This document shows positions 27,584-36,399 of a DNA stretch of 64,000 nt, one piece after another. Made by a program: the position numbers and the translations under genes. Source of the DNA: Candidatus Cloacimonadales bacterium (GTDB lineage Bacteria > Cloacimonadota > Cloacimonadia > Cloacimonadales > JAFGVF01); the NCBI GenBank assembly GCA_963677495.2, contig CAXXOU010000002.1, positions 230,523 to 294,522 on the forward strand, given 5' to 3'. How positions within the stretch are numbered: the first letter of the stretch is position 1; each line of letters starts with the position of its first letter. Below the pieces are notes generated by a model. The model saw nothing but the letters and a program-made list of their open reading frames with translations. It did not search any database and was not told the DNA's origin.

Positions 27584-28663
27584 ATGATAAATAGAGAGAA
27601 AGTCTGGCGGGTATTACCCCATATAATCGGAGTATTGCTCATAGCGATTATGCCAATGTTTTTGTTCGATGAGTCCGATGAGAGAATTAGAACCTGGACA
27701 TACAGATATTATTATCAACTATTCTTTTTGATTATAGCATTTTATGGTAATTATCTGTTCATTGTACCCCAATTCTTTCTCAAGAACAAACGGATCAGAT
27801 TCTTCCTAATCTTGATAATGTTTGCCGTCTCTTTGACATGGATCTCTCAATCAATATCGAAGAAACTCGATATTTATAAACCACCTCGCCGTGAGATGAA
27901 CACAACCAATGAAGTTAATGAAATAACTGAAGAGAAACGTATCTTGGGTTTACATCCAAGAATTATGGACGATTTACTATTCCTAGTCTTAGTTTTTGGT
28001 TTTAGTACCGGAATGAGCATTCTTCAAAAGCAGAGGAAAGATAAGGAAAAACAGCAGAAGCTTGAGAAGGCTAATGTTGAGAATGAGCTCGCTTTTTTAA
28101 AGAATCAAATTAATCCTCATTTCTTTTTTAACTCTCTCAACAATATCTATGCTTTAATAGATATAGATGGCACCAAAGCCCAGCAGGGTATTGAGAAACT
28201 TTCAGGGCTCATGCGTTATCTTATCTATGAGTCTAACAGCCCCTATGTGCCCGTCAGCAAGGAGTTTGAATTTACACGAAACTATATCGAGTTAATGCGT
28301 CAGAGATTGACTAAGAAGGTAAAGCTTGATGTTGATATTAGCGATGAAAACAGTGGTGCAAACATACCTCCCTTACTCTTCATATCCTTCATTGAAAATG
28401 CTTTTAAACACGGGATTAGTTATAGAAGTGATTCGTTCATTGAGATAAAACTACACACGACTGAGGATACTGTTCATTTCAGTTGTAAAAACAGTATCCC
28501 GGCAGCTCAAGATAAGCAAACCAATAATCAGGGTGGGGTAGGAATTACCAATATCAGGAAAAGGCTCAATATTCTTTATGGTAATGAGGAGCGATTGATT
28601 ATTAACGAGGACAAGAATGAATACTTTGTAACTATGAAGATACCCTATGAGGTGAAATCATGA
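27584..28663 (+). CDS. LytS/YehU-type sensor histidine kinase
   Basis: N-terminal TM helices. His_kinase motif NQINPHFFFNSLNNI and HATPase region (FIENAFKHG, GGVGITNIRKRL). ATG at 27584 is preferred (GAAGAGG RBS) over the GTG at 27578. Confidence 0.85.
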   Translation: MINREKVWRVLPHIIGVLLIAIMPMFLFDESDERIRTWTYRYYYQLFFLIIAFYGNYLFIVPQFFLKNKRIRFFLILIMFAVSLTWISQSISKKLDIYKPPRREMNTTNEVNEITEEKRILGLHPRIMDDLLFLVLVFGFSTGMSILQKQRKDKEKQQKLEKANVENELAFLKNQINPHFFFNSLNNIYALIDIDGTKAQQGIEKLSGLMRYLIYESNSPYVPVSKEFEFTRNYIELMRQRLTKKVKLDVDISDENSGANIPPLLFISFIENAFKHGISYRSDSFIEIKLHTTEDTVHFSCKNSIPAAQDKQTNNQGGVGITNIRKRLNILYGNEERLIINEDKNEYFVTMKIPYEVKS

Positions 28664-29340
28664 ATAAAATAACCTGTATTGCCATTGATGATGAGCCGTT
28701 AGCTCTTGGATTGATAGCCGGACATATAAAGAAAACCCCCTTTCTTGAGCTGAAGGGTGAATTTGATAATCCTATTGATGCAATGGAATTCTTAGAAGAA
28801 AATCCGGTACAACTTCTGTTTATGGATATTCAGATGCCGGATTTGACTGGGATTAAATTCGCTAAAGTACTTGATCGAAAGTACAAAGTTATCTTTACAA
28901 CTGCTTATGAAAAGTATGCTCTGGATGGGTTCAAAGTCGAAGCTCTTGATTACCTCCTCAAGCCGATTAGCTATGAAGTTTTCTTGAAATCAGCCAATCG
29001 GGCAAAACGCTATTTCGATGAGCAAAGTGATAGTAATGAAAGTAACTCTGAAATACCCTTAAAACTTGATAAAGAATTCCTATTCGTTAAGTCTGACTTC
29101 CAAATCAGACGCTTTGAATACAAAGATATCCTCTATTTTGAGGGATTGAAGGACTATATTAAGCTCTATGTGAAATCCTCAAAGGAAGCAGTCGTTTTCC
29201 ATGCAACTCTGAAGGCTGTTGAAGCCAAACTACCAACCGACAGATTCATGCGTACTCATAAATCTTATATTGTGAACCTCCAGAATGTAAGACTTATCGA
29301 AAAATATAGAATCATATTTGGCACTAAATATATCCGGTAA
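28660..29340 (+). CDS. LytTR-family response regulator (C-terminus apparently truncated by a frameshift)
   Basis: Receiver domain (IDDEP...LLFMDIQMPDLTG...LLKP) plus a LytTR domain. The start overlaps the kinase stop (ATGA). The shifted frame 29337-29393 encodes a typical LytTR tail. Confidence 0.85.
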   Translation: MNKITCIAIDDEPLALGLIAGHIKKTPFLELKGEFDNPIDAMEFLEENPVQLLFMDIQMPDLTGIKFAKVLDRKYKVIFTTAYEKYALDGFKVEALDYLLKPISYEVFLKSANRAKRYFDEQSDSNESNSEIPLKLDKEFLFVKSDFQIRRFEYKDILYFEGLKDYIKLYVKSSKEAVVFHATLKAVEAKLPTDRFMRTHKSYIVNLQNVRLIEKYRIIFGTKYIR

Positions 29341-29404
29341 GCGATAAATATAAAGCGACTTTCGATAATTTTGTTAAGACCCAATTCCTGTAACCTATTG
29401 TTTA

Positions 29405-29545
29405 GAACCGGTTAAATCCATATTCTTTGGATTGCATTTACTATGTAAATGCAACAGCCACATGACGCTGAAAGCATTCACTCAACTAAAATGAGCCACT
29501 AAACTAGGCACCGCAAGGCAAACCGACATAGTCGGTTAACTCCAT
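29405..29545 (-). repeat. REP-like unit (same family as the RAYT-flanking array), reverse orientation
   Basis: The reverse complement reads ATGGAGTTAACCGACTATGTCGGTTTGCC...GTTGCATTTACATAGTAAATGCAATCCAAAGAATATGGATTTAACCGG. Confidence 0.8.
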
Positions 29546-29594
29546 GAACAAAAGAGACACTAACCGTAGTCAGTGTCCTAATCTTGAATACAGA

Positions 29595-30170
29595 TTATCG
29601 AAAATTTTTGGGTAATACTTTCTCCTTCAAGTTTTCAACAATCTTCCGTATCCTCTTCGTTTTAGTTGCAGGGCGCTTAGCCATAGCTATCCAAGCCAAC
29701 AGACCTCTCTTCAATGACTTTGATAGGGAATTATAATAGGTCTTTGAACCGGGGTGGGATTTAAAAGCTTGTTCGAGTTCATCCGGTATCTGCAATGCTT
29801 CTACTGAATCAAGTATTGTCCAGGAACCGTTCTCTTTAGCAAGCTCAATTACGTTTAATCCTGCATTTGTCATTAGATTTGCTTTAACAAGTGTTTGGAC
29901 CTTATTCTTATTCACTTTAGACCAAGTGCTGTTAGGCTTGCGTTTAGAATAATATTGCATATATCTGTCTTTATCTATTGATTTCTTTGTACTATCAATC
30001 CAGCCAAAGCAAAGGGCTTCATCTACAGCATCACTCCAAGTGATTGTTGGGGTTGCTGAACTTTGCTTGTAAACTACAATCCATATAGCATCTTTTGTCT
30101 GATGGTTTTGTTTTAACCATTCTCGCCATTCTTTCCGATTCTTAGGGCAGATCTTTTCCGTTGTTTTCAT
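29595..30170 (-). CDS. YdeI/OmpD-associated family protein
   Basis: 191 aa. REWREWL..NH....IW......S....ITWSDAVDEALCFGWIDS pattern and the C-terminal half are typical of the YdeI (OmdA) family. Confidence 0.7.
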   Translation of the reverse strand: MKTTEKICPKNRKEWREWLKQNHQTKDAIWIVVYKQSSATPTITWSDAVDEALCFGWIDSTKKSIDKDRYMQYYSKRKPNSTWSKVNKNKVQTLVKANLMTNAGLNVIELAKENGSWTILDSVEALQIPDELEQAFKSHPGSKTYYNSLSKSLKRGLLAWIAMAKRPATKTKRIRKIVENLKEKVLPKNFR

Positions 30171-30234
30171 GTTTTGATATTGATAGGCAGTTTGTATATG
30201 TCAACATAATAGTGCTCAATCCAGCTTCAATGAG

Positions 30235-30331
30235 ATATCTAACCACGGATGATCCACGGGTAAACCAGGCCTAAACGACGGGAGCTGTGGTTAACCCGCG
30301 GTTTACCTGTGGTCAACCCGTGGTTAGATAT
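30235..30331. repeat. Phased-word element, copy 8 (palindrome-bounded CCNNGG array)
   Basis: 14-bp perfect terminal inverted repeat ATATCTAACCACGG / CCGTGGTTAGATAT. GG dinucleotides start at 30247, 30258, 30268, 30280, 30289, 30300, 30311 and 30322 (spacing 9-12, mostly 11). Confidence 0.75.
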
Positions 30332-30497
30332 GCTTTTAGTATGCCAGTTGAAGGCAACGAATTTATATATATCTTGCAGAAAAGTTAATATATCTTTAAT
30401 TATGTGCAGGATATTTTTACCGATGTTGTCATAGAATGAGTAAGAATAATCGGAGCCGATAAACAAACAACACACACTAACTATAAGCGAGAGAATT

Positions 30498-31334
30498 ATG
30501 TCAGATAATCTAACATTTAAACGTAAGGAACGTAAATACATAATCTTAGAAAATACTTTCGAACAGGTTGTGGATTCAATTAAAGAGAAGCTTCCAATTC
30601 ATATATTTGATGGGGTTAATCCTTATACAGAACTAGAGACTATTTATCTTGATACTAAAGAACTTATGCTATTTAAGGAGTACTTGAATGGGCGCAGCTT
30701 CAGATTCAAAATCAGACTCAGACGATATGGCCATGACGGTGTCTTTGATAATAAATATCTGGTAGAACTGAAAGTAAAGCATAATGGCATTTCAAGAAAA
30801 AAACGCTTTATATTACCGGCGGAATGCTTAGATGATTTCCTGAAAGGTGAGAAGATAAAACCTGCTATCAAAGAAGCAAACAAAGGCTTTGTGGGAGCAC
30901 AAAAGACCTATAAGTTGATTGCAATACTTATTGAAATGAACCAGTTTGTACCTGTTATGAAAACAAGTTATGAGAGAATTGCATTTCAAAAGAAATCTAA
31001 AAAGAACAGACTTACAATAGATCGGAATATTACTCATACGAGACTTATAGGTAAACCTTGCGAAGAGAAATTAGACACTTATGTCTTAGAATCAAAGGTA
31101 ATCGGTAAGACACCAAAATGGTATAAGAAGATGGTGAACAGACTATCTCTTCTAAAGCAAAACCGTTTCTCCAAGTTTGCGACCGGGATGAACTCACTTT
31201 ATTTCCCTCAAAGAGGAAAGTATAATTTCTCAAATGACGACTTCGAGATAGATGAGATGCCGGAAGTGATAAAAGAATCATTTGACCTTATGAAATCATA
31301 TCTTAAACTTAGTGACGATATTGAAGTGAGGTAA
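30498..31334 (+). CDS. VTC-domain (polyphosphate-polymerase-like, CYTH/triphosphate-tunnel fold) protein
   Basis: 278 aa. FKRKERKYII start, ETIYLDT, FKIRLRRYG and LVELKVKHNGISRKKRF are the hallmark strands of bacterial VTC-domain proteins. Confidence 0.75.
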   Translation: MSDNLTFKRKERKYIILENTFEQVVDSIKEKLPIHIFDGVNPYTELETIYLDTKELMLFKEYLNGRSFRFKIRLRRYGHDGVFDNKYLVELKVKHNGISRKKRFILPAECLDDFLKGEKIKPAIKEANKGFVGAQKTYKLIAILIEMNQFVPVMKTSYERIAFQKKSKKNRLTIDRNITHTRLIGKPCEEKLDTYVLESKVIGKTPKWYKKMVNRLSLLKQNRFSKFATGMNSLYFPQRGKYNFSNDDFEIDEMPEVIKESFDLMKSYLKLSDDIEVR

Positions 31335-31339
31335 CAAAT

Positions 31340-31882
31340 ATGCAGGAACTATTTGAGGTAATTCAGAACAGTGCTAGCGGAGGAATAAGTCAATCCCCAC
31401 TACAGATTCTTCTCAATCTTACAATGGCAATGATACTTGGTCTTATCTATGCTTATGTCTATCGACTGACCTATGTGTATAGCGGAAGTTTTGCTAAAGA
31501 AAAAGATAAGAAAGTACTTAAGTTGGAGATGAAAAGTATACAATACACTCTTCTTCTTCTTTCAATTGGTGGTGCCTTTATCTGGATAGTTGTTGCAGAT
31601 AACTTGGTGAGAGCTTTTGGTCTTGCCGGTGCACTCAGCTTGATTAGGTTCCGTACGGTTGTGAAAGATCCAATGAATACGATTAAAGTGTTCTATGCAA
31701 TTATCATCGGTATGTCCTGTGGATTGAGCCAGTACTATACAGCAATTATTGGTACTGCTTTCATTTGTTTTGTCTTAACTGTAATATATTTCATCAAAAA
31801 CCGAGAGAAAGAACAAAAAGCACTAAAGAAAAGCCTTGAGACACAAGATGTTGAGGAAGTAGTTGATGAGAGTAAAGAATAG
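31340..31882 (+). CDS. DUF4956-family membrane protein
   Basis: 180 aa with 3-4 TM helices. The FGLAGALSLIRFRTVVKDPMNTIKVFYAIIIGMSCG motif is characteristic of DUF4956, the usual partner of bacterial VTC-domain genes. Confidence 0.7.
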   Translation: MQELFEVIQNSASGGISQSPLQILLNLTMAMILGLIYAYVYRLTYVYSGSFAKEKDKKVLKLEMKSIQYTLLLLSIGGAFIWIVVADNLVRAFGLAGALSLIRFRTVVKDPMNTIKVFYAIIIGMSCGLSQYYTAIIGTAFICFVLTVIYFIKNREKEQKALKKSLETQDVEEVVDESKE

Positions 31883-33184
31883 ACTATATCTGATAGTACT
31901 TATCCTCTACATAAGCTTTTCTTTAAGAGCACAGACACTTGATGATTTTATGTCTGAGATGCTCTTGAAGAATAGTGATTACCAGGAAGCAGTATATAGA
32001 TTACATCAGGAGAAAGCTTCGCATGATATTGATTCATCATCGGAGTTTGGGGAGCTGAGTCTTAGTTACAGTAAGAATGATAACGAGATTGAGCGTAGTA
32101 TTACTAAATCATCTGTCGAAGATACAGAGATTAATGAAGAGGATGAACGCTGAAGGTTGAGTATACTAAGCAATTCTTTCCTAAAGACTTTGATGCTACT
32201 GAAGATGCCATTAGTTATAAGATCAACAAATTCCGCTATCAACAGAGCTTGCTAAATGTCCGTTTGAAGAGTATGAATGATATACTTGAGGATATGATCG
32301 AATGGTATGAGATAAGCGAGAAACTTACTTTATATAAAGAAGAGCTAGGCATGTTGCATGCCGAAAATGTTATCCTTGATGAATATGAGAAGCAGAACAT
32401 TGTAAGCCCCAATAAGCTACTAAAGAATCTGAAAGCGATAGATAAACTTGAAGATAGAGTATACTACTCACAGAGTGAAATTAAGAAGTACGAAGCGAAT
32501 TATGGCGAAAGATTAGAAGAGTTTAGGCAAGTTTTTAATCAATACATGCTTACTCAACCGCAAGCCGATACTTTGAGTTTTACTAGTTACAGTATCGATT
32601 TACTTAATAGTGTTGAGAGGAAGATGGAGAGAATTAGTAACTCAATCAAGCTTCATACTCTTTTCGCATTCTTACCGGAAGTGAATCTGTCAGTCTCATA
32701 TAATCAGCGAGATATTGATCAGGATTGGGTGACCACAGAAGATGGAGATGTTGATGAACTTACCCGTGTCCAATCAGAAGTCTATCCTGAAGCAGAACTG
32801 GAACTATCAATACCTTTGAATCTGTTTTCCAATATTCGAGGTAAGAATAGAATGCTGAAATCGTTTAAACAAGAATTGAGGTATCGAAAAAATGAGCTTC
32901 AACTTGATTTAAACGAGTTTGTTATAGAACTAAAAACTGCATTATTAAGTAACAGCACCTCAGTTACCCGTAAAGAGCGAATCCACGAACTTTCGCAAGA
33001 ACAGCTAAATGGTGTTAGAGCTATGTTTAATGAGAACCCGGAACTTCTTGGTGCTGCTCCGGAAGATAGACTCCAGGAGGAGATTATTTCAGCTTCTAAA
33101 GCAGAAATCAATTATAATGTTAGTAGAATGAATCTCTTTAAGACAATATATATCATGAACCGATTTGATGAGGGGAGAGAATGA
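31866..33184 (+). pseudogene. Divergent TolC-like outer-membrane factor, split by one frameshift at about 32147-32153 (or an assembly indel)
   Basis: The 31863-32153 ORF carries a signal peptide plus LDDFMSEMLLKNSDYQEA. The frame of ORF 32249-33184 is open back to 32147, and the junction reads ..EEDER|(W)KVEYTKQFFPKDF if one base is added. Two-repeat helical architecture. Confidence 0.55.
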
Positions 33185-34287
33185 AGAAGCAAAAGATAAA
33201 AGTTATATTTGTACTTACACTTTTGGTGATAACAGGAACAATTATTGTATCATATTTCATAGATTCCAATTCTCAGAAGCTACCGGCAGTTGTTAGAAGC
33301 AATAAAGTGTTTGTGAGTACAGAAGTTTCCGGCACGATTGCTAACTATTTTGTTGCCTCGATGCAGGAAGTTAAGAAAGGACAAGCAATTGCAAAGCTTG
33401 AGAATCCACGACTTACAGAAAAGCTCAAAGCTCTCAGAAGTGAGTATGATAATTATAATAAGCTTGTTAAGTCAGCAGAAGATGGAGATATTTTAAAACT
33501 TGAGCTTTTCAAGATAGAGAAGGATATTCTTGAAACTTTTGAAGATATTCAGAAAGCTGAGTATAAACTAAACAAGCTTTATCAAGAGCTTGATATTCAA
33601 ACCCTTGATAACCAAAGTGCAATCAAAAAATACAATTCCATTAAGAAACTCTATGAAGAAGGTAAAATCTCCCAAACTGAATATGACCTGAAAGCTAAAG
33701 AGTATCTTTCCATTATAAACAAATACGCCAACTGGCAAGCTGAATCGTCAATGATAACAAAAGAGCTTGAAGCTAGTAAAACTGTTTTGAAGATGCAGAA
33801 AGCACAACGAGACATAATCAATTCAAATACGGCTATACTTGCTTCTAAGAACTTAATAGAGTTAGACAAGATTAGAGTGGACATTGCTGATCTAGAGCAT
33901 GATATTGAGAATCTGACTATTCTATCACCCTTAGATGGAGTGGTAACAGGTTTACGCAATCGCCCGGGTGAACGAGTAAAGAATGGTGATGTAATTGCCG
34001 AAATCTCTGATATAAGCGATGTCTGGCTTACTGCTTATGGGAGTTCATACTCCAATCGTGAACTTAAAGAAGGCAACAAAGTTACCATCTACTCTAACAA
34101 TAAAGAGAAGATTGCCGGTGTTGTATTCTCAATCTCACCTGTTATGGAGAAAGTGAAATCATTGAGTGCAACTTCTGAAACGGTTAATACTTATACTAAG
34201 ATTAAGATTGGCTTTATTGACCACAATGAAGCTATGAAGCACTTGACTCCGGGAGAGAGGTTGTTTGTTAGGATAAGCTTGGATTAA
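33181..34287 (+). CDS. HlyD-family membrane-fusion (periplasmic adaptor) protein
   Basis: 368 aa. TM anchor, VSTEVSGTIANYFV..VKKGQAIAKLE, a long coiled coil, and ILSPLDGVVTGL..PGERVKNGDVIAEI. The start overlaps the previous stop (ATGA). Confidence 0.8.
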   Translation: MKKQKIKVIFVLTLLVITGTIIVSYFIDSNSQKLPAVVRSNKVFVSTEVSGTIANYFVASMQEVKKGQAIAKLENPRLTEKLKALRSEYDNYNKLVKSAEDGDILKLELFKIEKDILETFEDIQKAEYKLNKLYQELDIQTLDNQSAIKKYNSIKKLYEEGKISQTEYDLKAKEYLSIINKYANWQAESSMITKELEASKTVLKMQKAQRDIINSNTAILASKNLIELDKIRVDIADLEHDIENLTILSPLDGVVTGLRNRPGERVKNGDVIAEISDISDVWLTAYGSSYSNRELKEGNKVTIYSNNKEKIAGVVFSISPVMEKVKSLSATSETVNTYTKIKIGFIDHNEAMKHLTPGERLFVRISLD

Positions 34288-34725
34288 ATATGGATTTATG
34301 GAATTAACCGACTATGTCGGTTTGTCGTGTCACATTTCGTTGAGTAGCTGATAATAGTTTAGTTATGCTTTTTTAATGTCGCGTGGCAGTTGCATCTACA
34401 CAGTATATGCAGTCCAAAGGAATATGGAATTAACCGACTATGTCGGTTTGTCGTGTCACATTTCGTTGAGTAGCTGATAATAGTTTAGTTATGCTTTTTT
34501 AATGTCGCGTGGCAGTTGCATCTACACAGTATATGCAGTCCAAAGGAATATGGAATTAACCGACTGTGTCGGTTTGTCATGTGGCACTTAGTTTAGTGGC
34601 TCATTTTTGTTTAGTTGATGCTCTCAAAGTCGCGTGGTAGTTGCATCTACACAGTAAATGCAGTCCAAAGGAATATGGAATTAACCGACTGTGTCGGTTT
34701 TTCATGTGGTACTTAGTTAATTTGT
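34288..34725 (+). repeat. Tandem array of a 125-126-bp REP-like unit (3 full units plus 1 partial) upstream of the RAYT gene
   Basis: Units start (TATGGAATTAACCGAC) at 34297, 34423, 34549 and 34674. Units 1 and 2 look identical by eye. Each carries hairpin AACCGAC-NNN-GTCGGTT and a second stem TGCAT...ATGCA. Confidence 0.9.
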
Positions 34726-34749
34726 AATAAGTTCAAGTAAGGATGTAAT

Positions 34750-35286
34750 ATGTATAAAGAGTATAAGCATAATCCCCCGCACCTTTTTCTTGCAGACACA
34801 AAATACTTTATCACAACTTCAACCTTAGGAAGGTATAAATATCTTGGAACTAAAGAAGCCAAAGATGCTATTTTGCATTATCTCGTGAAAACAATCAACC
34901 ACTTCAATTGGATATTAGAAGATTGGGTCATTTTAGATAATCATCTACACTTAATGATGACAGCTCCAGAGGACGCTACTAATCTTCCAGAATTAATGCA
35001 TAACATCACTCGATTTTCTGCCAATTGGCTTTCTAAACATGGTGTCAAAAAGATAGAAAGACAATATTTCCATAACTATTGGGATACCTGTATAACATAC
35101 GAAAGGTCATATTATTGTCGTCTAAACTATATTTGGAATAACCCTGTAAAACATGGATATGTTGAATACCCGGAAGATTGGGAGTATGGGAGTTATTTCT
35201 ACAGAATAAGAGAACTTGAAAACGACACTCATAAGATAATGAACAACTATCCCATTGACAGAATTCATGTTGAAGATGACTTTTAA
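34750..35286 (+). CDS. REP-associated tyrosine transposase (RAYT; IS200/Y1 HUH family)
   Basis: 178 aa. HUH motif in LDNHLHLMM, and catalytic Tyr region RLNYIWNNPVKHGYV typical of RAYT/Y1 transposases. Embedded in the REP-like array. Confidence 0.8.
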   Translation: MYKEYKHNPPHLFLADTKYFITTSTLGRYKYLGTKEAKDAILHYLVKTINHFNWILEDWVILDNHLHLMMTAPEDATNLPELMHNITRFSANWLSKHGVKKIERQYFHNYWDTCITYERSYYCRLNYIWNNPVKHGYVEYPEDWEYGSYFYRIRELENDTHKIMNNYPIDRIHVEDDF

Positions 35287-35287
35287 A

Positions 35288-35413
35288 TATGGAATTAACC
35301 GACTGCGTCGGTTTGTCTTGTCACACATAGTTTAGTGGCATATTTTTATTTAGTTGATGCTCTCAAAGTCGCGTGGCAGTTGCATTTACATAGTATATGC
35401 AGTCCAAAGGAAT
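35288..35413 (+). repeat. REP-like unit downstream of the RAYT gene
   Basis: TATGGAATTAACCGACTGCGTCGGTTTGTC...GTTGCATTTACATAGTATATGCAGTCCAAAGGAAT, in the same orientation as the upstream array. Confidence 0.9.
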
Positions 35414-35427
35414 AGAAGGAAACGAAC

Positions 35428-36081
35428 ATGAAACCATTAATACTTTTCGATGTGAACGGAACATTGATTAAGAGAGATAGCAGAACTGATCTGCCATATG
35501 AATATGCAGTAAACGAGCTTTTAAGTATCGAGAATAGCCTTGAGGGTGTTAATACTTCAGCAAGATCAGATGTAGATGTCCTCATGGAAATACTTGAAAA
35601 GCGAGGGTTGGAATATACAGATAAGCTTTGGAATAAGTTCATGACATTATATATGAAACAGCTCGAAGCATACAAATCCACCGATGTCTGGAGAGAGAAT
35701 AGCACAGCGGTTGAGTTTGTTACAAAGCTTGCGGATGCTGGTTACCCCTTAGCGTTAATAACCGGAGAGCTGAGTATTGGTGCAAAATATAAGCTTACAA
35801 AACTAGGAGTTTGGCAGTATTTCCCTACAGGTGGTTTCGGTGAAGATGGGCTCAAACGCTTTGAAATTGCTGATAAAGCTGTAGATAATTCAATCAAGCA
35901 TTTCGGTCATGAATTTGAGAATATCTTCCTCATCGGTGATACTATTCTTGATATAAAGACAGCAAGACACCTTGGAGCTAAAGTAATCTCCATTACTACC
36001 GGCTCAAATACACGTGAAGAGCTTGCTGAGTGCAATCCAGATTATCTAATAGATGACTTTCAAGAATTAGACCTATTTTAA
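35428..36081 (+). CDS. HAD-superfamily hydrolase (phosphatase-like)
   Basis: 217 aa. Motif I variant LFDVNGTL (second Asp replaced by Asn), motif II ITGE region, motif IV LIGDTILDI. Confidence 0.7.
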   Translation: MKPLILFDVNGTLIKRDSRTDLPYEYAVNELLSIENSLEGVNTSARSDVDVLMEILEKRGLEYTDKLWNKFMTLYMKQLEAYKSTDVWRENSTAVEFVTKLADAGYPLALITGELSIGAKYKLTKLGVWQYFPTGGFGEDGLKRFEIADKAVDNSIKHFGHEFENIFLIGDTILDIKTARHLGAKVISITTGSNTREELAECNPDYLIDDFQELDLF

Positions 36082-36127
36082 AACTTAATCCCATTTTCTC
36101 CACCTACAAGATGTTATATTTTCAACT

Positions 36128-36305
36128 TTTACCCTTATTCCCCCTCATTGCCCTGCAGTAATCCTTGAAAGACCCCTGTGAAACCCTTGGGAAACACTTG
36201 GGTAACCCTTGGGTTAAATACCAGGGAGTAAACAATTTATTAATAATTTAGAATTTAGTTGAAGGCATTTGTTACTGCTGAGAGAAGAGAGGGAATGAGA
36301 GAGTA
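36128..36305. repeat. Phased-word hairpin element, copy 2 (closest paralogue of copy 1)
   Basis: CCCTTATT..CTCATTGCCCTGCAGTAATCCTTG aligns with the reconstructed copy 1. CTTGG at 36186, 36197 and 36208, with related words at 36164 and 36176. Right arm TTACTGCTG...AATGAGAG. Confidence 0.75.
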
Positions 36306-36399
36306 CTGTTTAGGATTGGAGTGATTATATCCTTTTTAGTGGACTATTGATATTCTATAAGTTAGTTGGAATAAGTGATCTAAATTATATTGACATATT

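Noticed and set aside
34288-35413. Regular tandem repeats that could be mistaken for a CRISPR array
   Set aside because: The units are 125-126 bp and directly abut one another with no unique spacers. There are no cas genes in the window, and the array surrounds a Y1/HUH transposase gene. A REP/RAYT interpretation fits better.
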